Below, piece by piece: positions 27,721-39,868 of a DNA stretch of 64,000 nt. The notes beneath the pieces are model-generated. The model had not been told where the DNA came from, made no database searches, and was given only the letters and a program-made list of their open reading frames with translations. The DNA lies in the NCBI GenBank assembly GCA_028534125.1, contig CM052816.1, positions 18,292,001 through 18,356,000 on the forward strand, in the 5' to 3' direction. Position numbers and translations under genes: made by a program. The DNA comes from Lama glama. Taxonomy: Eukaryota. The first letter of the stretch is position 1; every line of letters begins with the position of its first letter.

Positions 27721-28290
27721 ACCTGTTTTATGCTATTTGTAAAAGTTTAGTAAAGAAAGATAAAGCAAAAAAAATTAAGAGAAACATGATACGATAATAT
27801 TAATATTAGATTATACTAAGGCAAAATGCATCATTCAGGGAAAAAAAACAGGATCTTATCTTAATGATGAAATTTAAAATTCACCAAGAAGATATAACAT
27901 TCCTGATCCAGTCAAAATGAACCACACAGTCTCAAAGTACATTGAAAAAAAAAAAAAAGAAAGAAGTGGACTGGAGAAGAGAAATTGATCAAATAATCAC
28001 CATGGGATATTTTAACACATTTCTCTTAGAAATTGATAGATCAAAATGGCTGAAAAAAAAAACCAGCAAGGTGATACAAGATTTAAATAGCAAAATAAAC
28101 AATATTGATCCAGCAGATATAACCTACAAATAGAGTAAACACATTCTTCTCAAGTACATATGGATAATTCACAAAAATTGACCATGCTCTGGACCATAAA
28201 AGAAGATTCCACCAAGCAATCAATACAAAACACTAAATTCTCTAACTGCAAGGCAATAACGTTAGAAATCAACAGCAAAAGGTCAGTTTT
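27720..28290 (+). mobile_element. Old L1 ORF2 endonuclease-region fragment
   Basis: ORF remnants IITMGYFNTFLLEIDRS and acattcttctcaagtacatatgga...attgaccatgctctggaccataaa. Confidence 0.7.
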
Positions 28291-28469
28291 TCAAAGCCCA
28301 TACAAACAGTTCTTACAGCATTTTTCACAGCTTGCCACGTTCTTGGAAAGAGAGCCAGTGAACGGTCTTCATGAGAGTAAAGAAAAATAACTTAACAATG
28401 TAGTAATGGAATCAACCAGACTCCAGCGGGGATTCTAGTTCACTGTACCAGCCTTGTGACCTTGTTATG

Positions 28470-28969
28470 NNNNNNNNNNNNNNNNNNNNNNNNNNNNNNN
28501 NNNNNNNNNNNNNNNNNNNNNNNNNNNNNNNNNNNNNNNNNNNNNNNNNNNNNNNNNNNNNNNNNNNNNNNNNNNNNNNNNNNNNNNNNNNNNNNNNNNN
28601 NNNNNNNNNNNNNNNNNNNNNNNNNNNNNNNNNNNNNNNNNNNNNNNNNNNNNNNNNNNNNNNNNNNNNNNNNNNNNNNNNNNNNNNNNNNNNNNNNNNN
28701 NNNNNNNNNNNNNNNNNNNNNNNNNNNNNNNNNNNNNNNNNNNNNNNNNNNNNNNNNNNNNNNNNNNNNNNNNNNNNNNNNNNNNNNNNNNNNNNNNNNN
28801 NNNNNNNNNNNNNNNNNNNNNNNNNNNNNNNNNNNNNNNNNNNNNNNNNNNNNNNNNNNNNNNNNNNNNNNNNNNNNNNNNNNNNNNNNNNNNNNNNNNN
28901 NNNNNNNNNNNNNNNNNNNNNNNNNNNNNNNNNNNNNNNNNNNNNNNNNNNNNNNNNNNNNNNNNNNNN
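28470..28969. other. Assembly gap (500 N)
   Basis: Run of N. Confidence 1.
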
Positions 28970-30714
28970 GACACTTGTTGCACTTAGATTTGTGACTTAG
29001 CTTGTTAGCCCAGCTGGGCTTTTCCTTCACAACCTTAGGCAAGTGACACAGACTTTCTGTCCTACTATTTCCTCACAATTAGAATGGAAAGTGCCCTTTT
29101 TCTCATTAGTTATTATTGTTGCTGTTATGATTATACTAACATTTGCTTCTCAACATCACAAAGGGAATTTCTCTTAGGATTTCTATCCTGGCACAAGCAC
29201 CCTTTTCAAAAGTGAACCACTGATTAAAATTCAAACATAACATTATAATAGAAGAGGCAAAGCAAAATAATTAGCTTCTAGTGTCTCATACTTGGTTTCC
29301 CTGGGTGTTCACGACTCCCAAGGAAACTCTTTTTCCAACTTCCCTATTTAAAACATCCAAAGAGATCATTCAGATTTGACTACTTTTTATCCAATGTATA
29401 GACTAATAATTTTTCCTCTGCTGTCCTGGTTATTTCTTTGAAACCCTTTTAGGTCCTGTATGGATGATTAGGGAGTTAATGGACACCTGAATTGTTGAAG
29501 TAGCAGCAAAGTGACTGGGGTTAGAAATCCTGCTGTCTCATTCAGTCTCCTGGTGACCCTAAAGAAGTCTGCCTAACAGGGACAGTTTCTTTTTGCCAGT
29601 GAAATAGTGAGCACTTCTGGAGAGCAACCAGAACTTAGAGTAACATTTGTAAGCACTGGCTGAGGTCATCAGCTCCTCCTCTTCCCCTCTGGCCTTCACA
29701 ATGCGCCCCCCTGCCCAGTGTGTATTTGTACTCCTTCCTACTGTGCCATAAAAATGGAAAGGGAGAGAGGGAAGGAGGTGCTTTATTGGAACAAATTTCA
29801 AGAAGACATGGAAGTGTTGCAAATCAAATTAGTAGGGGTCACGGAGAAGAGAGAAGGCCTGGGGAACTTGAAAAGTGGGCATGGATCATTGGCTCTGCTG
29901 CAGGACTTTCCCAGGCACCCCTGACAATAATGACAAAGAAACATGGGTGATGATGGGAACAAAACAGATGCTACATGAGAGAATAGCTAAGATATAATGT
30001 ACGTGTTCATGGAATAAAATACAGTTTTTTGGTTAAAAAAATCATTTCTTCAATGATTTGGTGATATGGGAGAAAGCTTATGATAAAAAATAAATAATTT
30101 TAAGTGCACTGGAGTGTGATCATTATTTTCTTCCTTATTTTGTTCTGTATTTATCTCATTTTGTACCATAAGTATGTGTTACTTCTACTGTCATAGGCTG
30201 AAGCCAACCTATGGAGGGTTGTGAATGCCAAAGTTAAACACTGGAATTGTCTGGAGTTCAGTCTCACCCATGGGGCAATGAACTCCCTGGGGAGAAAGAC
30301 TGTGCCTAATTTGCCTTTTTATCCCAAGTACACAGAAAAGGACCTGGGCTTGGAGGATATTCAGAGAATATCTGTTCAAGAGAATGAATGACTATAAGAA
30401 TATATATAGGAGTGACAAGGAACTGGATTTGGTGAGCAGTTAGGTTCATAAGCAAGAGTACAATGAAAAGAGAGTAAACAATACATTAGACAAGTACCAA
30501 CAGTGGAATGTGACCAAAATGCATTTTATTTTCGTCTCCCACCGTCACTCTGATTTTTTTCTTTAAGTATATCTGACATACCATAAACCACAATTATTTA
30601 AACTGAACAATTTGCCAAATTTTGACGTACGTCCACCACCATTTAACCATCAGCACAACCAAGATAATGAGCATTTCAATTACTCCTCAAAGTTTCCTCC
30701 TCGCAGCCCTTTAA

Positions 30715-31097
30715 ATAGGCTTTGAGATGGAGGTTTGTGTACAGGTTTATCTAGGAGTACTCTCAGAAACATTGCCTATGCAGGAGTGAGGGAAGCAGGA
30801 GTGCTAAGAGTTGGGGCTGAACTGAGATACAGATACAACAGAGGCTCCAACCTAGCTAACCTCGCACAGAGCTCTTCAGAGTTGCCTCACATTGATATAA
30901 GGGAGCCTGTCCTTTGTACCTCATTTCCACTAGTCACTGGATACGGACTTCCCCTGGGGAGAGGCTTAAACTTGGCAGTTCCCTTTGACCCAAGGCAATT
31001 CCTGGGGAGGGACTCAGATAGGAGGCTCAGCAGGCAACAGCAGTTACAAGAATAACTACCTGCATCCTGAAGAGGGATCTGGGTCGGGTTCCACAAT
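30715..31097 (-). mobile_element. LTR16-type ERVL solo LTR
   Basis: tgagatggaggtttgtgtacaggttta...gagtgagggaagcaggag...ctagtcactggatacggacttcccctgggga. Confidence 0.6.
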
Positions 31098-32209
31098 ATA
31101 CACCTTCAATGGGTCAAGTAAGGGATACAAAAGTAAACAGACCTGGTCGCTGCCCTCATGGAATGGGGAAATGATTAGTTTCTACTTTTTAAGGGAGAAT
31201 TCAGTCCAACCAAACCAAAGCTTCTGCCTATGTTGTGCCACACACTACTCAAAGCACTGCACAATTATCATAACCACCCATCACGCCCTGGGACAGATGA
31301 GACAACTGAAGCACAGAGAGGCCAAGTAATCAGCCAACATCACGTAATTAGCAAGCTCAGGGCTAACAATCAGCACTCCATGCTGTGTGGTACATTTTTA
31401 ACTACTACGATCTGCTGCCTCCCTGAGCTTTTATTTCCAGTCAGATTTTTTTTATTATGTTTTATATTGCATATCTTGTAAAAGGTACTATTTTTACCTG
31501 TTATGTTCAAAATGTGAAAATTGGCAGTCTGACACACACTGATTGTATAAATCATTCAATGCCTGTATTAGAAATTACTGAAGTAACATCTGCAAAGTTA
31601 TGTGATATTTTGTCACCACATTAGGAAAGGCGATCATTATAGCTTGTGATCACTGATGGAGTGAAAACACCATCCTAGAATTAGTCTGATTCAAAGGGGT
31701 TAGAATTGGAAATATATATACTTATAACTGCAGGGAAGGAGAACTCGAAGGCCCAGGTACAGCCTCATTTCTTACGCCCCAAGAAATGGTCATCTTTTAC
31801 TGAACTGTCCTAGTAACTGACAGATAACAAGCCTGATCTATGCGGCTCTCTGATGAAACTCATTACCTGTTATATCTAACAAGTTTCTGTCAGAGAAGCA
31901 AAACCACTATGACAGACTAGATGTATTAAACAATGAATCAGGGATTTGACTTCATACAATTGGCAGAGCAGGTTAAAGAGTCTATGTGAAACTACTCCAC
32001 CTGCTTCTGGTACTGGAGTCTAAATGTGCAGACAAGGCCATCAGGAAGAGAAGATCGATGGGAAACGGGAGAAGCAAGGAAAAACTGGAAACTATGAGGA
32101 TGAGCAGAAAGGACCAGCACCCACAGCAGTCTCTCACCACCTCCAAATCCTCCTCTGATGACAGAGGAATCCTGTAGGGGAACATGGCATCCTTCGTCAC
32201 AGTTTACTC

Positions 32210-33990
32210 AACACTTATAATCAATTGTCATCATCCTTTTTGATGTGTAACTTGTCTCAAGTCAGCTTTTATACCTTTCTTTTTAATGAACTCATTAGTC
32301 TTGTGCACTTACTTGCTTTTTGACATGAGATTTTTCAGGCTTACCTTGTACATTCCTTGCTCTGGGCCTGAGTGCAGCCTTTCTCTAGGAAACACTTTAG
32401 TGGTGACTGTTATTTAGAAACCCAAATCTAGGTGCCAGCTGGACTCACTGCTACTAAAGTAGACTGCTTAAATCCCTTTCAGTAAACAGAGCTAGCAAGT
32501 GTGCATATGTGTCCTTGTCACCTATCTTTTGATCTATCTGAAATGAATTCATATTGAGAACTTTCATTGAAGCCTAACCCTATATTGTCTGTCCTCACTT
32601 CTGAAAGAAAAAGAAGGCTTCCCAAAAATATCAATATATTTACTTTATTACTTTATCTTATTATACACAAAAATGTTTCAGAATTATACCACCACCAAGA
32701 ACACAGCTGCTAAGCAAATGTCAACAGTTCTTTGTAGTTCTTTTTGACTTTACAATATATTCTATTTTAGGGTGCACAGTTAAAGCCCTGTGTTCAAGTT
32801 AGTTAATTCTTTTCTTTGTGTGATTTTCATCAATTTGACATGCAGTAGATTATTTTTTGTTTATATTCAAATTTACTGTCTGCCTTTTCATGATTTTGTT
32901 GTATTTTTGAACATTTAAAATATTTACATGGTTCAAAATTAAAACTACATAAGAACAACGACTAAAAGAAATCTTATATTCATCCCTATACCCTCCTATA
33001 CCATCCTACATAACCTGTAGGTAAACATTTTTATTAATTTCTGGTTGATATATCCTGTTTCATTCTGCAAGAATGAGCAATTTCCCTTTCTTTCTTATAT
33101 GATAGGTAGCTTACATGCACTCTGGTATATCCTGGATCCATGAGCAACTTCCTTATTCTTCTTCTTTGGCTACATTGTACACCATTACACGGAGCACTAT
33201 ATTTAATTCAATTACTCTCCATTGAATGATCATTTAGAGTGACTACAATGTTTTGCTATTACAACTTATTTCTGAATGAAAACCTTGCATGTATGCTGTT
33301 TCATATTTGTGGAAGTGTTTCCTCAGGGCAAAATTTCTGGAGGTGGGGTTTCTGGTTCAAAAGGTAAATGCATATATAACTTTGACAGATATCATCAAAT
33401 CCCCTCCAGAGGGGTTGTTATCATTTTGCAGTCCCACCCAATACATTTGGATATGAAAGTATCGTTGACATGTATTATCTAGATTTTGAACTTTCTACCA
33501 ATCTGACAGATGTGAAATAGCCTCTCAGTAAAGTTCTACTTTGCATTTTATTATGAGTAAAGTTGAGTATCTTTTCTTCCATTTAAGGGCCATCTTATAT
33601 TTTTTTTTGTGAACTTTTTTTTGGGGGGTTGCCCATTTTGTATCATATTTTATGATTTTTTTCTTAATTTTAAGAATTCTTTATTTATTAGAGAAATTAG
33701 CCCTTTGACCATGATAAACCTTTTGATTTTTTATTGTTTTTTTGACTTTGCATGTGATGTTTTTCCATGTAAAAAGTTTTCATCTTTATTTTTATGTAAC
33801 TGATATTAGTCAAGAGATAAATCACCCATGTTTCCTTTTACTATTATATGGATTCATTTTTTTACAGTTAGATCTCTGATCCATTTGGAATTTGTTCTAG
33901 CAATTGGTATGAAACAGAACCTAATTTTTTCCAAATTACTATCCAGTTGGCCCCAAGTCATTTATTTTTTAAGTCCATATTTTCCAAAAC
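32210..33990 (-). mobile_element. Old L1 (L1ME-like) 3' region
   Basis: Degenerate antisense L1 motifs, e.g. tctggttcaaaaggtaaatgcatatataactttgacaga and ttagatctctgatccatttggaattt. Confidence 0.65.
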
Positions 33991-34019
33991 AGAGGGAATT
34001 TGAGGCACAGAAACTAGTT

Positions 34020-34430
34020 TTATGAGCAAAGGATGAGCTGAGAAGCCAAATAGGGGCAAATGGAACAACTCAGAGACTGGTAACCACAGGAAACCATCAT
34101 CAGCCCTGGGCTAAAGTATCAAAGGGAGAAAGAAATGTTCCTGAAGCCCAGGGTTTAGGCCACCAAGAAAATACAAAAGTCATGGCAGTCTGTCCAATGA
34201 GATCTGAAGTCTTCCAGAAGATGCACTTGCTGCCTAAGCTAAGAGGTGAGGGTAGAAATGTTCCTTTGCTCCTGTCCTTCAATTTCCTACCAGTGGTTTC
34301 CACTGGCCAAACCTAGATGGAAGACAGCTAACAGGGAGCCTAGGAAATGCATTCTGCAGTTTAGATCCCTTGCAAAATAAAACGGAGATGGAAGAGGGAG
34401 GAAGGACTGCTCTGAAGGCAAAGAGCCAGT
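34020..34430 (-). mobile_element. LTR33-like ERVL LTR fragment
   Basis: ctcctgtccttcaatttcctaccagtggtttccactggccaaacctagatggaagacagct...gggagcctaggaaatg. Confidence 0.5.
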
Positions 34431-34649
34431 ACAATACTCAGCAAAAAAAAAAAAAAATAGTAAGAATTCTTTACCTTTTCATTAAAATAAACTCCCAGAA
34501 GATACCATGTAATTTATTAACACTTCAGTAGTAAATAAGTAAATGTAAAGGTATATAGGGGTTTAAAGACTGACTACAACACAACCTTCTTATTAGTTCA
34601 AATTGTCTTTCCTGAAAATAATCTCCATCAGTGAGATTTTCATTATAAA

Positions 34650-35014
34650 GAGTTGGTCCTCTATATCACAATCATAGATTCAACCAACCAAGGACAGAAA
34701 ATATTCAAAAAGAAATTCCAGAAAGTTCTAAAAAAAAGCAAAACTTGAATTTGTCATCTGCAGAACAACTATTTACAAAGATTTATACTGTATTTACAAC
34801 TATTTACCTAGTATTTACATTGTATTAGGTATTATAAGAAATCTGGAGATGATTTAAAGTACACAGGAAAATGTATATAGGTTATATGCAAATACTACAA
34901 CATTTTATATAAGCAATGTAGGCATTTGCAAATTTTAGCAGTCAAGACATTTGTGAATTTTAGTAATCACAAGGGTCCTAGAACAAATCCCTGGTGGATA
35001 CCAAGAGACAACTG
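34650..35014. mobile_element. MER2 (TcMar-Tigger) non-autonomous DNA transposon
   Basis: gattcaaccaacc...tttacattgtattaggtattataag..atctggagatgatttaaagta...ggataccaagagacaactg followed by TA. Confidence 0.85.
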
Positions 35015-36375
35015 TATGCATTTTGGGTAAAGAAGGACTGAGGAAATCAAGACTGTGGCAATGAAACTAGAAAAATTTTAAAACCAGAATTAGCCCTGCA
35101 GAAATCAGAAGCATCTAAGAGACTAAAAATGATATTAAAAAGTAGTAACTGGAAACAACTAAATTAAAAAGAATTAAACTTCATTTCAAACAAATTAAAG
35201 TTGAATTACAAAAAGAAAAATTACAAGTCATATACAATGAATGCAGGAGTTGAGATACTCAGAGGAGGCAGAAATTTCTTTTTTCCCCTTTATAATTTCT
35301 CTAGGTGCTAAATTTTAATATAATGTTTTCAGAAATATGAACTTTAATAAATCTAACAACCTATTTTATACCCTAGGAATTCCATTATACTATTTATACA
35401 TTCTAAGCTAGCAAAATCCAAGTGTAACTTCAGTATTTAAGGTTTGTTAGTTGCCATAAAAGAAGTATTTTGATTTTTTTGAAGGAATGATATATTTTCA
35501 GAATAAGTCCAATGAGACAAGATCACTTTCTTGTAAGGAAATCAGTAATGCATCTCTGTCTAATATCCTAGAAAATCAAGGGCTCAAAATCAAACACTTT
35601 GCTGATTTGCAATGCAGGTACTCAAGTACCCAGTTGGAAGATTCTCTGGGCCCTTCAATGTTCCACTTATTCCTCTCCTTCTCTTCTCTCCTCCCTTCTC
35701 CTACTTGCCAGTGTCCTCTTCTGCACTGGGTAGCATCGCCATTTTGGGGAAGGAGAACTGAAAGGGTAAATAAATCCACTCAAGCAAAAACACCCTGGTA
35801 CACAGGAAGATGAAATAACACTAGTGCATGAGGCACCATTAGTCATCGTGGCTCTGCACACTCCATTCCCAATAAAACCATCTTAACCAAATACCCTTGG
35901 ATAATTGGTTCCAATGACTAGTACATACCCACTGATCCAGAGCCTGAGGAGTGTGACTGACAAACAATAAACCCTCTTAGGATAATATGATTGACTACAA
36001 TTCCACTTAAAATAATGTAACAAATGATGATGTGCCACCTAGTTAACCATGCAGCACAGTTGTAATTGTTAAGGTTGTTCATTTAATTACACAGTGTCCT
36101 TTCTCAGAAAAAAAAATGTTTTCTGCTCTTAGGATGAGGAATTGTTGCCCTACATCTGATGGCATAGTTTCTACTGATTACTTGGCGTGTTTCTATTTCA
36201 CTCTGGTTTCTAGAAAACCTGGAGCCTGTCTATAGCCTATGGATAGGACTCAGGGAGATATTTGCATGTTAGCTTAAATCAAGCAGTTTATGTCTCTTTC
36301 CTTATTATTGCCCTATTCTTTTTCAACTATCTCTAATTTTGTTTTGTATTTTATATATCCCTGTAAATCATCTAC

Positions 36376-38730
36376 TGCAGGTTAGGTTCTCTAGAAATAG
36401 ATCAGAGATAGAGTTTGGGGTCCAAGAAATTTATCTGTAATCATTATTGGTGAAGAGAAGAAAGAGGGAGTAGGAATAAGCAGAGGGAAAAAGCAGGCAT
36501 GATCAAACCTTTGCCAACCCGGCAGGGCGCTCTGATGTGAACACAGTCCTGTGCCAACCCATAATGGTTGTACATTCCCTCATTGACTGGTCCCCAGAAA
36601 TAGGCTTCCCCTACAAGGATGGGAGCTCAGACAGGGTGAGCCTCTACAGCAGAGGGAGACTCTGAAGGAGCTGAAATACAGAGACTGTCTGCTGGTTCTA
36701 ATACTCTCAGGTGGCAGCAAGTCCCTCCTTGAGGGGGAGATTGGCTGGCACATTCACATGTTTCTACTCTAGCCCTCTACTGCACACAGGATGGAAGAGA
36801 AGCTCCTCCAGGTGTCTGGTGTGCCTCTCTTCCTAAAAGAAGCTTAGAAGAGAGATGTTAGTGGGACAACTACAGTGCCTAAAACTTTTCTTCTTCCACT
36901 ATTTTTTTAGATTCCATTAACCATCAACCACCACCTCTGCTGGCCTGGGTACTTACCTATTTATGTGCCAAAAACCTTCAGCCCTATGGTCATCAGGATA
37001 AAATGAATTCAGCATAGTTAACCTGTCATTTACAGGTTAGTTGCTCTTCTTGAGAAATGGTGTCATATTAACACTGTCCTCTGTTGCTGGCATACTGGAT
37101 ATTAAGTGGTAACCACAGCTAGATGACCACTGGTAAATGGGAGTCCAGGCTGTTGAAGCCTTGCATATCCTTCATCTTTGTTACCATCATTTATGTGCCA
37201 ATTGCACCAGCACTGATGTGGCTGATAACAGAGGCTGGCTGTTGTTAACTGGGTAGGTCACTTTGTTTACTTGATTGCTTAGTATCACTCCCATGGTAGA
37301 TGCTATCTGGTGGACATTAGCATGTGATACAATGATCTTCAAGATTCATACCCACTCCCATATGTCCATTCATATCCCTCTAACTCATACTTTCCTGTCA
37401 TCAATCTTCCATTCTTTCTCCTTCCAGGCCCCTTAACAGCTGGCCAAACCATTCCTTATTGTCCATTCAGTCTGTGTATATTTAACCTCAGGTCAGTTCT
37501 CTTTCCATGCAAAAGGAATAACCAGGTCCACCAGTCCTCTGTGCAATGAGAGGACTTCCCTTATCTTTCAAGGCCATCTTTTAATGAGATTCTGGTGCCG
37601 CCACTATCTATTTTGATTTGTACCCTAATATGAAGCCAACTTATCTGTATACTGAATTCAGGTTTTTTCCTCCTCTTTCACTTGGTATATTAAATTCTCC
37701 ATATAGCTATCAGTATGAGCTGAGAAAGGAACACTGGTGCCACAGTGATATGAATGCACGTATGGGAGTGGGTATGAGTTCAGACGTGTATGGAAAGTCA
37801 AAATCTTCAGAGACATCATGCAGATATCCTCTTCCCATCAGAGTCCTGGATTTTTCCAACCAAGGTGCTGACCTTGGCATGAAAGACCAATTTGGTCAGG
37901 CATTTAGTCATGTCTGAAACTCAATCCTCTAAGTATTCATTGCCAGGCTCAGATCTTGACTTTCTCTACCCTTCCACTAGAGTTGGTAAGCTTCTTTGTA
38001 TGCAACCAAGAGGTTCTCTAGCTTCTATACCTGGATTTCAATTGACTATTATACATACTCATCTAGTCATTATCTTTCTGTTGGGCAACAGTGGCATTTA
38101 ACAAAAGTCATCCATACCACTATGCTTGCCATTATTATTTCTCCTGTAAGTCTTAAATGCACAACACATCACAGTTGTTAATGTATTCTCTTCTATCAGT
38201 ACAACCTTCCAATTCAACATAGGTAAAAATTTAGATACTGGACATTACCTTGTTCCAGGATTGTATATGCTTCACATATGACCCATTATGGGGTCCACAC
38301 TGCCAGTTGGATGGAGGTGATACACTTTCAAAACCCATTTTATCACCTACTTTCTCAAAACACACATGGTACAAATTAATACAGGTTTAATTCTCTGAGA
38401 CAGAGTCTGAGGTGAAAGATACTCATTAGGAATAAACATGTACAAAAGGGAAGAGAGAATACGGATGACTGGGCATAGGGAGAAATCAAACTATGATAAT
38501 TTGGCCAATACAGCAGTGAGCTGTAGAATAAGCATTGCTCAGAAGCTTGTCCCTGAAATAGCCTGCATACTCCCACTTCGCTTAGTCACCAGATAAAGGT
38601 TGCCCAAGAAAAGGTGTGACCTCAATTAAGGTGGCTCTTTGAAGCTGAGGTAGATCCTAAAGGAACTGATGGCTGGACTCTATCAGCTGACTGCTATCTC
38701 CACGCAAGTTCTTCCTGAAAGAGGATTCCC
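36376..38730 (-). mobile_element. Decayed ERVL provirus (LTR16-type) with two LTR-like ends (~36376-36765 and ~38380-38730) and an internal pol remnant
   Basis: Two similar LTR16-like segments in the same orientation. The minus strand at ~37290-37450 reads like an ERVL RNase H remnant (GAWKEKEWKI..MDIWEW..KIIVSHANVHQ). PBS-like ggtacaaatt lies next to the right LTR. Confidence 0.65.
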
Positions 38731-38750
38731 ATGTGTTAATAATTATTTCA

Positions 38751-38849
38751 AGAATATGAAAACAAATATGTGTATGTATATGCATGACTGGGACATTGTG
38801 CTGTACATCAGAAATTGACATATTGTAACTGACTGTACTTCAATTAAAA
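38751..38849 (+). mobile_element. Short 5'-truncated L1 3' end (camelid-type)
   Basis: gtatatgcatgactgggacattgtgctgtacatcagaaattgaca...gactgtacttcaattaaaaa. Imperfect TSD aataattat(ga)tttca at 38738-38750 and 38850-38865. Confidence 0.8.
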
Positions 38850-39546
38850 AATAATTATGATTTCATATTAGTTTCCATTTGCCTTTTAAAGAAAACTTTA
38901 ATGGGTTACTGGTCAATTATTGCTACTATACATCCTGTAATGGTACAACCACTCAAATCCATAAAGTTATAGCTCAAACAAGAAGGTTGGTAATTTTCCA
39001 TAAAATGTATAAAAATGAGTAGAATTAAATCAGCATTATTCTCATCACTTTGAGACACTGTGCCATTTCTAATCACTCCTCACCTATTTATGAACAAAGA
39101 CAATTTTCATGACTTGAGAATAGTCTAGAGCATAGGATTTTGACTAGATCTTGTGCTCACTGAAAAAGTTTCAAAGTGATTTTGCCATCAACCAAGACAA
39201 GAGAGAGATTCCCTGTTCTTTTTGAATATGAGTTTAACATAGTGACTTCTGGCAATTTCAACCAAAAAAATTTTTTATGGGACTGATTTGTATCACTTTC
39301 TTACATCAAAAGTATAAGAAGTATGTTTATATTGTATAACAGTATATTGCTGTTCCTATCCAGGAGAAATAGCCAGGTCTATTCAGTAAAACAAAGTAGC
39401 ATACACTATTAAAGAACATTCTGAGAGGGCAAAAAGAGAGAACGAGTGTCCCAAAATATTCAATCATCTGAAACAGACTTTCATACTCATGGCTGTGGTT
39501 TCTGAAAAAGTTTAGTCTTCCAATAGACAAGAGTAGCGTTTCTTCA

Positions 39547-39649
39547 TGAATATATGTATGTTCATGTATAACTGAAAAATTATGCTCTACACTTGAATTT
39601 GACACAACACTGTAAAATGACTATAACTCAATAAAAAAAAGTTTAAAAA
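39547..39649 (+). mobile_element. Very short 5'-truncated L1 3' end (camelid-type) with 18-bp TSD
   Basis: gtatgttcatgtataactgaaaaattatgctctacac...ctataactcaataaaaaaaa, flanked by aagagtagcgtttcttca (39529-39546) and aagagtagtgtttcttca (39650-39667). Confidence 0.85.
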
Positions 39650-39654
39650 AAGAG

Positions 39655-39806
39655 TAGTGTTTCTTCAAAGTATGATTATGAATTATCTGCATCAGTATCA
39701 CCAGAGGTTCTTAAGGAAAAATGCAAATTCTCTGGGGAAGGAGCATCAGAAATTTGTATTTTTACATATTTAACAGGCTACAGCATACAAAGTCTGAGAA
39801 CCACAG
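39655..39806. mobile_element. MER5A-like hAT-Charlie fragment
   Basis: tgcatcagtatcacc...aaaaatgcaaattctctgg...aaagtctgagaaccacag. Confidence 0.6.
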
Positions 39807-39868
39807 ATCAATAGTATGTTCACTGCCTAGCCATAGACTGAATTGTTAAGCAAGAATGAAAGCTAACA

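Noticed and set aside
26610..28290. Oppositely oriented L1 fragments as one twin-primed inversion
   Set aside because: The pieces come from distant parts of ORF2 (C-terminal versus endonuclease) and I found no TSD. Independent old fragments are more likely.
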